DNA of 64,000 nucleotides from assembly GCA_964188305.1 (NCBI GenBank), contig OZ076903.1; one strand, 5' to 3'. The stretch comes from Podarcis bocagei (Eukaryota). Of the stretch, positions 46,763-60,616 are shown piece after piece. Every line of letters starts with the position of its first letter. The stretch's first letter is position 1. The position numbers were made by a program, and so were the translations under genes. A model generated the notes under the pieces. The model did no database searches. It was not told where the DNA came from and worked only from the letters and a program-made list of their open reading frames with translations.

Positions 46763-47372
46763 GGAAGACACAAGATTTACCCACTCTGGAAGAATGGCAG
46801 ATGAAGGTGATGGACTATATGGATTTGGCAGAAATGACTGGCAAAATCCGAGACCAGGGAGAAGAAATGGTGGAGGAAGATTGCAAGAAATTTAAAGACT
46901 ATCTGCAGAAATACTGTAAAATTAATGAATGTTAAAATGATGTTGGACTGAAAAGAAGTGGTTTGGGTAATAAGGTTAATAAGAATAGGTAAATATAGAT
47001 AGTTATACGGATGAAAATATATAGTTATAATAGGTTAAGTTATAGAGCAAAGATAAATGAAAGAGGGTAAGGATTTGCTGAAAAGACTTGGAAAACGGGA
47101 ATACAAAAGGGGAGGTGTGAGGAGGTCAAGGAAATAAGCAAATGAGCTCAAAGATGCTGAAAAATGGATTTACTCTTTTTAAAAATATTTTTTTCTTCTT
47201 CTTTTTCCTATTTCTTAGTTATCGGTTTTTTGTATTTTGTATCATTTTTCCCCCCCTTCTTTCTAGGTGGCCTTTTTGTCAACTTTCTTGCTAGCTTGTG
47301 TTTGTTAGTTTTTGTTTGTTTTTTTCTCTATGTGTAATTTTTTGTATAATCTCAATAAATATTCTATAAAAA
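46763..47372 (+). mobile_element. L1-clade LINE 3' fragment
   Basis: KTQDLPTLEEWQMKVMDYMDLAEMT…FKDYL* ORF2 end; AATAAA plus A-run; 19-bp TSD AAGGAGAGTCCACAATCTC. Confidence 0.85.
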
Positions 47373-47656
47373 AAGGAGAGTCCACAATCTCTAGAGGGTT
47401 GTGATGATAGATAGGTAGATAGGTGTGTTTTTTCCTGGGGGGGGGGGAGACGCATACCCCTAAACATTTTGCGAATCTTTGTATTTTGTCCATTTACTGT
47501 ATTTATTTTTCCTGATTTGAACTGCAAAACGGTGATTTTATTGAGTCAAATTGAGAGTGCCCCTAAACAGCTTTTTAGAAAGAAAAGCACTGGATAAAAT
47601 AATTGTAACCGTATGAAATAAAATGTTAATAACATTCAAACATCCATACCAGGAAT

Positions 47657-48366
47657 CAGGGCCAGATTTAGCTTTGATGAGGCCCTAAGCTACTGAAGGT
47701 AATGGGGCCCTTTATATGTCCAGCTGTTCTTTGTCAACAACAAATTGTCGCAGTTTTTTTGTGTTGAATATATGCTATATGGTAATTTATGGACCTAGTA
47801 AAGGGTAAAGGCACCCCTGACCATTAGGTCCAGTCGCGGATGACTCTGGGGTTGCGGCGCTCATCTTTCTTTATTGGCCAAGGGAGCCGGTGTACAGCTT
47901 CCGGGTCATGTGGCCAGCATGACTAAGCCGCTTCTGGCGAAACAGAGCAGCGCACTGAAACACCATTTACCTTCCTGCTGGAGCAGTACCTATTTATCTA
48001 CTTGCACTTCGTGCTTTTGAACTGCTAGGTTGGCAGGAGCAGGGACTGAGCAACGGGAGCTCACCCCGTCGAATTTATGGACTTAATAGGTATCTCAAGC
48101 CATTTGCACATGCAGAATGTAGGCACCCTATATATAGAAAGGAGCAAACCAGTGATATTTTAGGGAGCAGGCTAGCAGGCAGGGCCCATTACTTACATCA
48201 CAGGAGCCTACACAACACAAAACACTGTTGCTATATGTAGGTTATATTTTATTTGTTTTTTGTCATATATTTTGGAAATGTACATCCAGTTTTTTTCCCC
48301 TTTAAATTTTTTTGGGGGCCCCACCTAAGTTATAGCTTGTTTAGCTTATATGTAAATCCAGCACTG
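47657..48366. mobile_element. Non-autonomous hAT element hosting a Sauria SINE
   Basis: Perfect 8-bp TSD CCAGGAAT; TIR CAGGGCCAGATTTA / TAAATCCAGCACTG. Confidence 0.85.
47798..48071 (-). mobile_element. 5'-truncated Sauria SINE nested in the hAT element
   Basis: TSD AATTTATGGAC(C/T)TA. Confidence 0.88.
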
Positions 48367-49479
48367 CCAGGAATCCAGCTGTTTGCCTGTTATCTCAGCG
48401 CATTGAGCAGAACACTGGAAGGCAGAAGCAGGCTTAGTTTATGCTGAGTAACTGGGTAAAATACTGCCTGCTCAACCTGCACATTTCCCCTTATACATCC
48501 ATCAGGCTGGAAGAAGTGCACGTGGAAGGTTGGAGGCGCAGGGAGAGAGGACTGGTTCTTGCAGACCCCTGCCAGGGCTATTTTCCAATTAGCATGTTCC
48601 GATTAGCACCTGAGGCGGATCCAAATTGCTGCTGGCATTTATATTTTCAGCTGACATTTCTCTTCCCTTCCAGTAGCCTTTTGTGCAACATGAAATCTGT
48701 TTTGCATCTAGCAGGATGTAATCTAATTAACTCTGCACAACACACCCCGCACTCCATCTTAACCCACAGGCTTTGAAGTTTCCCCGTCACTCGTCTTGCT
48801 CTGAAACATCTTTCCCTCCCTCCGCTTTTGTTTTGCTGTTTTCTGATACATGGAGCCTGAGGAAAAGTTTCGGGAATGCTTTTGCTCTTGTGGCGTTTTA
48901 ATAATCCTGATATGTTACACTGGGGATCTTGCTTGCTTGCTTTTATAGCCCAGGCCCTTTCCATCAGGCATTGGGAGAAGGTGACTAGATGAGAGAGCTG
49001 GCTAGCTCAGGCCAACAAGAAGGAAGCATCACTTGCTTCTGGGGCACCAGTTCAGGAAAGCTGGAATAGCTGTGGAGCCAAGAATCTGTTGCCTCGAATG
49101 ACTGCCTCACCTTGGCTGATGGTATGGCTGGCTTGGCACAGGTTAATGTATCATTCAGTGTGCATAAGATAACCTGGAACTTCATGTTGAAGACAACACA
49201 TGGTACCAGGAATGAAATGTATTGTGGGAAAGTAATATGGAATAGTGGAGGGCTCTGCATGCTTTATCTCTCTCCTGAAGCATCTGAGAAATGGAAGAGG
49301 GAGAAGCTTAAAACAGGCATTTCTCCCCTTTTCAGGCTTTTCTCTAGATAGGATAAGACTGGATTAAATGTTTTGGTTGGCATTTTGATGCTGACAGTGT
49401 TGTACGGACCCTTCAAAAAAAAAAAAAAGAGTGCATGCTCAAGGAGAGAGGCTGGGGCAACCAGACCAGATGGGCAGGG

Positions 49480-49531
<52 letters not shown>

Positions 49532-49572
49532 GCACCAATCCCACATTAAAGACCCATGTAGAAGCACTCTGT

Positions 49573-49919
49573 GAGGGACGCGGGTGGCGCTGTGGGTTAA
49601 ACCACAGAGCCTATGGCTTGCCGATCAGAAGGTTGGCGGTTCGAATTCCCACGACGGAGTGAGCTCCCGTTGCTCGGTCCCTGCTCCTACCAACCTAGCA
49701 GCGCGAAAGTACATGTAGATAAATAGGTACCGCTCCGGCGGGAAGGTAAATGGCGTTTCCATGCGCTGCTCTGGTTCGCCAGAAGCAGCTTAGTCATGCT
49801 GGCCACATGACCCGGAAGCTGTACGCTGGCTCCCTCAGCCAATAAAGCGAGATGAGTGCCACAACCCCAGAGTCGGTCATGACTGGACCTAATGGTCAGG
49901 GGTCCCTTTAACTTTACTG
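49573..49919 (+). mobile_element. Sauria SINE
   Basis: 12-bp TSD GAAGCACTCTGT. Confidence 0.92.
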
Positions 49920-50510
49920 GAAGCACTCTGTATGTACCTTTAATACCAGCATAATTAGTTTCTGTTGTTTCCTAAAACTTCTGCTCTAAGAGAACTCCCC
50001 ACTTCTTAAGTATAGCAGGGTCCTTAGGTGGGTTATTCATAAACACAGCCAGTTTTACTAACTACAGTGGTTCCCAAATCGCCCTTAGTAAATTCTGTCT
50101 GTGCGGCCTTTGATTGTTTTCCCATGTTTTAGTAAATAAATCTCTAGCTACATGCAAGACTTGCCCTTTATTTCTCATATGGAACACATTCCTTTATACA
50201 GTCCAGTAAACATCTCACTGGATCCAACAGTATGTTAATCTGGACCATGTCTGTGATTACAGCTGTTACCGTCCTCCAGATTTAGTTGTTTCTTTCTTTG
50301 CCTTCTGATACTTCCACCACGTGCCAAAAAATAAATAACCTTTTGTTTGACTACATATCCAACAATCCTCTTCCCCCTTTTAATATATTTTAAATGTTTT
50401 CTACATTGCTATATGCCACTGAGTGGCCATTTTAACCATGTTTTTTTACTGCCACCTTCCCCAACCATATATTTTGGACCACAGCTCGCATCAACCCCAT
50501 ATACTACATG

Positions 50511-50789
50511 CATACCCCTCAACTGTCCCAGAACATCCCATTTTTTCTTGTGAGAGCATGGTGGACATTTTGGGTGCTGTGATCTCGCATGATTTCAAGC
50601 CGTGACCCCCCACTCAAAAAAAAACCACTTTTTCTGGGGCCATGGTTTTTTCAGGGGGAAATCAGAGTGTGAAATCACTCGAGATCACACCACCAAAAAT
50701 AGCCACCATGCTCTCACAAGACAAAACAGGCAGATGGCATCCCAGAAGATGGTATCCCAGTTTTTCTCTTTGATCTGTTGAAGGGTATA
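50511..50789. mobile_element. MITE with CATACCC TIR, 6-bp TSD and a long internal inverted repeat
   Basis: TSD TACATG / CACATG; 18-bp perfect inverted repeat at 50547-50564 and 50703-50720. Confidence 0.7.
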
Positions 50790-51249
50790 CACATGCTGCC
50801 TGGAACTCATGGGAGTTGTAGTCAAAACCACCTGGAGGGCATTAGGTTGGGGAAGACAGATTTACTGCCGTCACAATTTTAGACTTCTTAACAAATATAT
50901 ATTCCACATTTCCCGAGAGAGGTTTCACATTACAAAGTCTTTCCCCACATCTTGATGTTACTTTCCTATCTTGTTTTGGCTGCCTAATCATGATTTAATT
51001 GTGCATCCTGAATTTGCCAGTGTGTGATTAAATCCCACCCAAACATAGTGACTTTCTGGGAGTGCCCCCTGGAGACTGCAGTCTTCACTTTTAACTCCCC
51101 TGCTGCCAGTGGAGATGTTGAAACAGCTTTGCATGCGGCCCAGTTTCTTGCTTATGCTCATCTGTTCCTTTGCCTGTTAGAAGTGCCTGTAGTTGTAATT
51201 TGTTGACAGCTTCCCAGAGTGGCTAGGGCAACCCACTCAGATGGGTGGC

Positions 51250-51298
<49 letters not shown>

Positions 51299-52665
51299 GT
51301 TTTTCAGAATAGGATCTCTATGGTTGTAGGTGATGTTGTGCTTTTGCTGGTACAACCAACTTCTTCTTTATATATTTTTGACAACAAAGAGTAATATTGT
51401 CCCATCTTTGGTTACAGGCGAGGTTACAACAACATGGGTCATGTTTAACAGCTTGACTAAGAAGCAGCTGTTTTTGGAATTTGAATGGAGAGAGGGAGCA
51501 GCGAGAGCTTCTAAGCAGCTGAAATAAGGGGCATCAATTCATGCCACCTGTCTGACACCCATTCGGATCTGGAGGCCTCTTGCATGTTGACCAAGGAACA
51601 GAGCATGGGGTACTTGCTGTGACTGTTCCTTCCGGGGGGGGGGTGCAGTAGGCTTCCAGGTCCCACCAGTTCAGGTAGTAACTTTGCAAGATGCATACTT
51701 CGTTTCATGCCTTTTTGGAGGGAGTGTTTTCTTTTCCTTGCCCTCCACCCTGCCCATTCTGATTCCATTCTGTAATTTTGCCACTTCATTGGTTTGGCTG
51801 TTGTTGGAACTAAGGTTGGAGCTGACCATGTGTGACTCTAGCTAGCTCATGTGTCCTGGGGAACAGAAGGGATTAACTCACTGCTGTCCTGGATGTCTCC
51901 TGCATGAAGGGAAATTCAGGGTAAGCAACGAGTCCTGATCTGCTGTCAGTGCTTAGGATTCTTTCCACATCACCAGCCCTAAGCTTTTTGTGTAATTTTG
52001 TAAATAAACCAAGTATCAATAGACACCACAAGACTCTGGTGTTCTTTCTCATCCAAAGGAAACTGAACCCTGCAGCACCACCCCTGGAACTTATCATCGC
52101 TCAGAGATATGAGGTGTATGCAACGTACAATATAAGCAAGACATAGAAAAGAGCTGCCTTTGATCGAAACCAGATGAGGAAATAGCTTGAGGAGCAGATG
52201 TTCCTGAGCATCTGTTCCATGGGTTTAGAAATCAAGGAAGGGCCAGTGTCCTTTCCCCTAATCTTGTTAACACGGCATAACATTCCTTGTTAAAACAAAT
52301 TGTTTGGCTACTGAGTCTTATACTGCACAAGGAAGACAGGTTTAAGCAGTGTTCAAAGGTGATGGTGGAAGAAATGGGACAATTTCATTTCAAATTTGTC
52401 CAGACTCCATTTAGCCCGTGGTCCGCTGACTGTTTTTATTTTTATTTTTTTTTTAAAAAAAAATTTATTTGCTTTTTCCCCAAGGTCAGAATACATCGTC
52501 AATAATACAGCAAAAGCGATTTTACAGAAAGAAGAAAGAAGAAAGAAAGTTAAATACAAGAAAATTCACTTTTCCAAATCTTTTTTCATCATCAACTGAC
52601 TGTTTTTATATCCCTCTGAACTGCTTGTTAAGTAAGTTGAATTAGTACCTTTGTATTTTGAAATT

Positions 52666-53021
52666 TCGGGACACAGGTGGCGCTGTGGGTTAAACCACAG
52701 AGCCCAGGACTTGCCGATCAGAAGGTCAGCGGTTCGAATCCCTGCAACGGGGTGAGCTCCCGTTGCTCGGTCCCTGCTCCTGCCAACCTAGCAGTTCGAA
52801 AGCACGTCAAAGTGCTAGTAGATAAATAGGTACTGCTCTGGCGGGAAGGTAAACAGTGTTTCCGTGCACTGCTCTGGTTCGCCAGAAGGGGCTTCGTCAT
52901 GCTGGCCACATGACCCAGAAGCTGTACGCCGGCTCCCTTGGCCAATAAAGCGAGATGAGCACCACAACCCCAGAGTCGGTCACGACTGGACCTAATGGTC
53001 AGGGGTCCCTTTACCTTTACC
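52666..53021 (+). mobile_element. Sauria SINE
   Basis: 12-bp TSD TATTTTGAAATT. Confidence 0.92.
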
Positions 53022-53157
53022 TATTTTGAAATTAGTCAGTTATTCTTACCATGAAAAGAACAGCATTACTGCAGGGGGCCTATTTCCACCTTCTAGCCCT
53101 GACCAGGTAATGGCAGTTGTGCAGCAAGCAGGCAAGCGCTTGGCTGGACAGCCACCT

Positions 53158-53220
53158 CCTTCCTTCCTTCCTTCCTTCCTTCCTTCCTTCCTTCCTTCCT
53201 TCCTTCCTTCCTTCCTTCCT
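53158..53220. repeat. (CCTT)n microsatellite
   Basis: Direct reading. Confidence 0.95.
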
Positions 53221-54829
53221 CAACACAAACTCTATTGGGTTTGGGTTTTCAACTGCCTCAGTTCAACAAGAAGCCCTGACCTAGATTGACTGACTTTAAA
53301 AAAACAACAACCCAAAAAACCAGCGCTGCATAAACTCTGCTCTGTGCAATATCCTGGGATTTTTTGACATCCATTGACAAGTGGAATGGCTCAAGAACTG
53401 TCTGAAAAAGAGCGAGATTGCATCCCACCTTTCCGTACAACCTGCTTTGAGCCATGAGTATAAGCTATTCTTCCTTTTAGCAGGTGACATAAGAAGTGTA
53501 GCTCACATCCTCTGTAACTTGTAGCGCTGTAGAAGGAGTGGGATGGAAAGGAGAAGTTAAAACAAGTGTTTGCTGGTAAATGTAGCGCTGCACTGAAAAC
53601 ATATTACACTTTCTCACCAATCATTAGCAACGAGCAAAGAAAACGCTTTTTAAAATGATCATACAGGAGAGGAAATTTTTGATGAAATTCTCAAGGTATT
53701 TCAAAACAAAAAATGAAACACCTTCTGTTGCACTAACATTACATATAAATCAGCATGTGCAATAGTTGTGCAAATCTCTCTCTTTTTGTAATGCAATAAA
53801 ATGCTGCAGTATATCCTCCTTCCATCCTTACAGGAGTACTCCTGTTCCAGCCAGGGCATTTTACCCCCTCTGTTTTATGTTCGTTTTCAACAGGCTCACA
53901 ACATTATAGTCCTCACTGAGAAGGGTTTTGGGGGGATATTTTTTCTTGCCACCATAGTTCTTTTTTAATTCAATGAAAAATTGGGTTGGGGTTTTGTTTT
54001 GTTTTTTTGTTTTGGTACTTCTGCAAACCTCGGGGTTCTTCTGAGCATTCTGATCCATTCTCCTTCATTCTCAGGGGTCCTGTTTTGTTTACCTTCCTGT
54101 GCTCATTATTACAAGGAGTTAGGCCACGTTTGAGATGATGCTTCCAGGTCTACAGCAGGAGAGCTTGCAATTTCAGCTGAAACTGAAGACCAGTCCTGTT
54201 CACTTCCATGCAACTTCTGGGTGTGGCAGTGAAAACCTAATTACTTACTTTGTAAAAATGTGCTGCTCGTATTCATGCTCCTTTAGGCTCAGTTGACTGA
54301 CTTGCTGGCAGGTTTTGTGGCTTGGCTCAACCCCAGGTACACTCCACAATAAAATAAATTACTGTTGTTTAATCACTGAAGTAAATTACCCACAGAAAAT
54401 TATTGTGTCACCATAATAGATTCTCTCCTTGAAGAATAGCACCTTAGAAGAATGCTTTCAATAATTCCCCCCACAAGTTATGGTGTGTCATAATTTAGCT
54501 ATTATGGTTACAGAAGCGATAACAACAGCTTTAATATTTCACGGTGTTTTTACAGTGTCTTGAAGGATCCATTTAAAAACCTATTATGAATATTTTGTAA
54601 GCAGTTGTGGTATTTACTTTCCTCTGCCCTTCGCCCAGCAGGTACTTGTCTCAAATATGAGCCACGGAAACATCCAAAGCCATGCATCTTACAGGTCTGA
54701 AACTGAACACCACACATTTTCAGAAGGCCATATGGTTGAGGGAAGGTCCAGATGTGTACTTTTGGATAACTAGGAAGGCTGATTGGGGAAAGTGGAAAGT
54801 GGAAAGAAAAATGACAAAAGGATATAGGC

Positions 54830-55538
54830 AGGAAGACCAGCTGCACAAATATAGGATGGGTGAATCGCTAGTTTGCCAGTAGTACATGTGGAAAGGATCT
54901 AGGGGTTGTAGTAGACCACAAGCTTAGCATGTCAACAGTGTGATGCAGCAGCAAAAAAAAAGCTAATGCTATTCTAGGCTGTGTCTACAGAAGTATAGTG
55001 TCCAGATCAAGAGATGTAATAGTACTACTTTATTCTGCTTTGATCAGACCACACTTGGAGTACTGTGTCCATTTCTGGCTGCCACAAGTTAGGAAAGATG
55101 TTGAAAAGCTGGAATGTGTGCAGAGGAGGGTAACCAAGGTGATCAAGAGTCAGGAGACTAAGCCTGATGAGGAATGATTGAAGGAGCTGGGTATGTTTGG
55201 CCTAGAAAAGAGGGGATAACCATCTTCAAGTATTTAAAGAGCTATCACATGGAAGATGGAGCAAGCTTGTTTTCTCCTGCTCTGGAGGGTAGGACTCAAA
55301 CCAATCACTTCAAATTTATAAGAGAGGAGATGCTGAAGAAACATAAGAACTTTCTGATGGTAAGAGCTGTTTGACAGTGGAACAGACTCCCATAAGAGAC
55401 ATTAAGCTGTTCTTCCTTGGAGGTTTCTAAGCAGAGGTTGGGTGGGCATCTGTCATGGATGCTTTAGTTGAGATTCCTGCATTGCAGGGCGACTAGATGA
55501 CTCTTGGTGTCCCTTCCAACTCAAGAATTCTATGATTT
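54830..55538 (+). mobile_element. CR1 LINE 3' fragment
   Basis: Degenerate EKDLGVVVD…YSALIRPHLEYCVHFW…; GTCCCTTCCAAC…TTCTATGATT tail. Confidence 0.85.
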
Positions 55539-56815
55539 TGGAAAGAGTACTATTTACCTTGCTCACACTAGGCAGGGCAGTTGCTGATCTTGTTGTTTCT
55601 GTTGTCTATTGCTCAGTTCAGCTAGTGGTTGTCTCACTGACAACATTGGGGGGCAGGCTTGCTTTTTACAATTCTCACTAACTCTCAGTCTTGCAGGTGG
55701 TTTCTCAAGATGAAGATGGGCAGAATACTCTCACAGGAGTTGCGAAGGCTGCTATGTGTGTCTCGGTTGAGCTATTTTGAGCTATTTTGGACTGCATATC
55801 TGTCCCACACAAGCTAGGCATGGCTGTGCAGATAACACTGCCTGTATTGCCTGCAGCAATCAAAATGTTCCTTTGGCCACATGTACTTTTCCACCAGCTG
55901 TTCTGTACTTCTCCCTATTCCATATCTCTGTTGAAGTCACCACATAAACACATCACTGGCCCACATCTATGTCGAATAAACACAAAAGTTCATACCGCAT
56001 TCACTCGACCCATATCTTAGTATCAAGAAGTGGTCAAGGTGTGACAGAGCTTCCAGTTTTGCAAAATGAAATGCTGGAGCATATGATTATTTTGATAGTC
56101 ATTGTTCGAGCCTCTAGCATATATTTTATTACATCAACGAATGAAAGACTCATTTGCAAATCTGAAGTGGCTGTTTGTGTGAGATACTTCTAATTTGCAC
56201 AGAGTTTCACTGCTGTCCCTCTGAATATTTCTAAGTGACAGTTTGTGTTGCTTATGATGTTGAGCCAGTTCAATTACAGTATATCTTTGGTTGTGGGTCT
56301 GTAATGAAGACATTAATTCAACTTTTGGTTTCCCTGGCTTACATGATGCTTTGCTGAATGAAGGACACAAAACTGCAAAATGCAGGTGTTCACAAGTGCT
56401 TTATTATTCAGTACCAACATATACAAAATAGGCGCATATCTTAGTCTAAATAAAGCGACAGATGCTTTGCAAGCATTTATACATTTCAACAATGTTCACT
56501 ATTAACCTGTTACAATATATTTATCACAGCTGCTATGTTAACCAGAGGTAGGGTGAACTCTATTACGGAAGCTGTCTGACCTTGTTTAGATTATTAGTTA
56601 TGTTCAAGCAACACCCTTTTCCAGCTGACATCGCTTTATAAATTGCTACTTCTACAGCATAAGCAAGGAAAGACATCTATGAGCCCTTTCGGATTTCTGC
56701 TGGAACCTTAGGAGAAGGCGATGCCCCAAAGGATGAGCGGGTGGTTGATGGTCTTGTTCCTTTGCAAATTAAAAATAAAACATTTTAGAAAACGTTGTGG
56801 GAGAAAAATCGTATT

Positions 56816-56819
<4 letters not shown>

Positions 56820-56855
<36 letters not shown>
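56820..56855. repeat. (CT)n microsatellite
   Basis: Direct reading. Confidence 0.95.
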
Positions 56856-56859
<4 letters not shown>

Positions 56860-58518
56860 AAGCAAAACTCACATTCAAAAGTCGGATAATTAAAAACACA
56901 GATGCATGCTGTAGAACATGGTGTGCAAGCCTAATCTGCAGCTCTTCCTTTGAAATCCTTATCAAAGATTTCTCCTGCCAGGAAATTAAACCTGCTCAGA
57001 GTTCTGCAGAAGCATTGCCAAAGTGTTCAATTAAAACCTGGACTCAGTTGAACTTCCAGGTCTCACGAGAAACCGAAATGAACATAAGCTCCAGTATTAT
57101 TTATATCGTTTGACATATGAAGCCACAATCTGATCCCGGTTTATACACCTATGGGAGGCCGCAAAGGATTATGCTCACGTTGCATAATGTTATACATTGT
57201 GCCAATATAAGTAGCCTAAGACTGAGGCAAGATGTTTCGGCCAACGAGTGTAATCCAAGCACACAGTGATGGTCCCCGTGAAACAGTGCAAACAACACCA
57301 AGACCCAGCAAATGAAAATTGGCTCACTGTCTTGATTCATTTTGGGGGGGATTTTGTAAAATAGGTCTAGTTATTGTTTTGTCTATTTGGCACATTGGAA
57401 TCTGAGGAATTTATGTATGATATATACTGGTATTTAATGTGTGTATGCTGTACTGTGAGAAAATTAGACAAATTAACAGAGAAGAGGTCTATCAACAGGC
57501 ATTAGCCCCGATAGCTAAAGAAAACATCCTGTATACAGGTATGGTGGAACACTGAATCTCAAGGCTCTTTATCAAACAGCCCACCACATGGACCACACTC
57601 AGTGATCCTGGAAACCATTACTTCAACCTGCAGGTGTAGGGTTTCAAGTCAAGGAAGAAGATGGGCAAGAATACTTATTACTTAGCTTTCTATGTGCAGG
57701 GAGTTTTTAAATAAAATAATGCAGTAATGCAGTCCCCACTTGCAGCCAGAAATAAGACAGTCCAGGAACAGTTCCACCACGTCATGTTCAACAGATGTTG
57801 GGCTGTAGCTCAGTGGTGGAGCTTTGCATGAGAAGGCCCCAAATTCAGTTTACCTGTCTCCAGGTAGGAATGGGAGAAACCTCTGTCAGAAACCTTAGAG
57901 AGCTACTGTCAGTCAGCGTAGACAGCTAGATGAACCAATGGTATGATTTAATGTAACACAGCTTCCTATATTGGTCTGATATGCTGGATGGAGTTCAGAA
58001 CTTAGTGCAGGAACACAATGAATCAAGGTTGGAAGCAAATGGACCTCAGCAGCAACCCAAAGGAGGCTTCTGTCTTGTTTAAACAAGGGTTGTTAACTCA
58101 GGATAATGACCCTGAACAGACATCTATGATCTCTGAAGTCAATGCAACCAACCTCACATAGCTGACACAAAAATAGCAATTGAGAGAAGGGGTATAAATA
58201 TTTCAACCATGAAACAAGCCTTGACCTTGAACACAAGATCAAAATCCAGACCTAGGCATTACAAATGTGCATGCTAATCCAAGTACTTGAAAATTTAATT
58301 TGCTGCTTTAGAAACCAGTAGAAGGACCTAATTCTGAAACAATGATGACAAAGACAGTATAAAAGGGCCCAAGATAATTTAGGTTTACCATACAATTAAA
58401 TGAAACTCACTCCAGGCCCTTCCATGTTTATTCTCACTGTTCCACCATATTCTGAATGATCAGATGCCAAACTTGACTCTTTACAAGAAGCCAGAATCAG
58501 GTTCTTAAAAGGATTTAA

Positions 58519-58838
58519 GTAAAGGTAAAGGGACCCCTGACCATTAGGTCCAGTCGTGACTGACTCTGGGGTTGCGGCGCTCATCTCGCTCTATTGGCCG
58601 AGGGAGCCGGCGTATAGCTTCCGGGTCATGTGGCCAGCATGACAAAGCCGCTTCTGGAGAACCAGAGCAGCACACGGAAACGCCGTTTACCTTCCTGCCG
58701 GAGTGGTACCTATTGATCTACTTGCACTTTGACGTGCTTTTGAACTGCTAGGTTGGCAGGAGCAGGGACCGAGCAACGGGAGCTCACCCCATTGCAGGGA
58801 TTCGAACCACCGATCTTCTGATCGGCAAATCCTAGGCT
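58519..58838 (-). mobile_element. Sauria SINE, slightly 5'-truncated
   Basis: Reverse copy with AAAGGTAAAGGG tail. Confidence 0.9.
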
Positions 58839-59428
58839 TACCAAGGTATTAAAGAAGAAAAGGTGTGTTACATACACAGCAGTTTACCTATCGGGTCATC
58901 GGAGTGTCTTTCCTGCCCCTGCACCCTGCTCCAGATGGATACCAAGCAGAATAACGGAACTGCTCTAGACCTTTTCCCTCCTGAGAGAGAGCTGGGCTCT
59001 CGCACCGCCATAATTGGAGAGCAACATATGGTATTATGCTCCACTTGGCTGCAGCGAGGAAAAGGCTTGCTGACTAAGTGGCAGGCCCACCGTGTATGAA
59101 GGGAGAGGGAATTAGCAGCTCGTTCCTTTTCACCTTTCTCACCCCTTTATGCCAGATGCCAGGCACAGAGCGAAGGCTGGCTTCTGGCCAAGCTGAGGCA
59201 AGTGAAACCAAGCGCCTTTTTCTTGCCACACACCCCAAAAGTTTCCCTGAAGCAAGAGGCTGAACTTTCACGGAAGCAGCTAGGGACAGATTAAAACGAT
59301 GAGTGGTTTATGGGCTGTGTACATACAATACCTCAAAGCACATTTCGTCCTGGGAACTGTGGTTCACACCCTCACGGAGCTACGACTCCCAGCACCCTTA
59401 ACAAAAACGTTCCCAGGATTCTTTAGGG

Positions 59429-59783
59429 ATAAAGGTAAAGGGACCCCTGACCATTAGGTCCAGTTGTGGATGGCTTTGGGCCTGCTACACTCATCTCGCT
59501 TTACTGGCCGAGGGAGCCGGAGTACAGCTTCCGGGTCATGTGGCCAGCATGACGAAGCCGCTTCTGGCGAAACCAGAGCAGCACACGGAAACGCCATTTA
59601 CCTTCCCGCTGGAGTGGTACCTATTTATCTACTTGCACTTTGATGTGCTTTCGAACTGCTAGGTTGGCAGGAGCAGGGACCGAGCAACGGGAGCTCACCC
59701 CGTCGTGGGGATTCAAACTGCCGTCCTTCTGATCAGCAAGCCCTAGGCTCTGTGGTTTAACCCACAGCGCCACCTGCGTCCCT
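59429..59783 (-). mobile_element. Sauria SINE
   Basis: 10-bp TSD TTCTTTAGGG. Confidence 0.92.
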
Positions 59784-60276
59784 TTCTTTAGGGGTAGTCG
59801 TGCACTTTAAATGTATAGTAGTATCTTTCAAGAAAAGTCCTATATAGCCTGTTTGGCAGGGGAGTTGATGATGCAAAGATAAATGGGGGTTTATTTCAAT
59901 CTGTGCAAGCCAATCTTTCCATCTGGTGTGGGTATGTGATGGCCCGGTCACCTGAATCATACCACAAGCACAAATTGCTGGCAGGTCTCTCTGACAGTTG
60001 TTCTGAGAAAATCCCAAATGACTCGTTGCAGGAAGATTGTGGATTTAATTTGGTGTTGTGTTTTCTCTTTGCCCTGACCCAGCTCTAGTTTGCACAACAG
60101 CGAGTTGCCTCAGCTGGGAATTGCACGTCAGCATCAAGAGTTACATGCAGCTAGTTCAATGGAAGACAGAACATCATTGCATGGCGGGTCTTCACACAAC
60201 CTCCTTGCTCTCTCTCTAGGAATATATGAGAGGTGAATAGCACGGCGACGGAGCATATATGCCTGTGCTGCCCAGG

Positions 60277-60616
60277 TGTGATGGCCTGGGATTCAGACTC
60301 AGAGGCTGAACCTGAGGAATCCCAGCCTGCATAGGAGTCCCCGCCTCCAGGACCAGCTGACCCGGGGCTGGTGCTTGAGCCTGAAGGGTCCTCACCTGTG
60401 CTGGATCCTCAGGTGCAGGCACCAGCTGAGTCTGCTCTGGCTCCTGAGGTGATGGAGGACCCATTGCCTGCAGGTGCTCCACTCTCAGCCCCGTCAGAGG
60501 AAGCTGAGGTTGCCTCTGGGTCCAGTAACCCTCCAGCCTCTCCTGAGCTGCAGAGGCTCAGGGCAGAGAGGCGGAGGGAACTAAGTTCCCTCAGGAGAAG
60601 TGCTCGCCTCCAGGCC
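60277..60616 (+). mobile_element. Truncated LTR-like (Gypsy-type) repeat
   Basis: Starts TGTGATGG; P/E/A-rich pseudo-frame ending RRSARL, a pattern I associate with squamate LTRs. Confidence 0.5.

Noticed and set aside
46320-46895. 191-aa ORF, the longest in the track
   Set aside because: It runs across SINE, CR1-tail and L1 fragments, and is not the L1 ORF2 frame.
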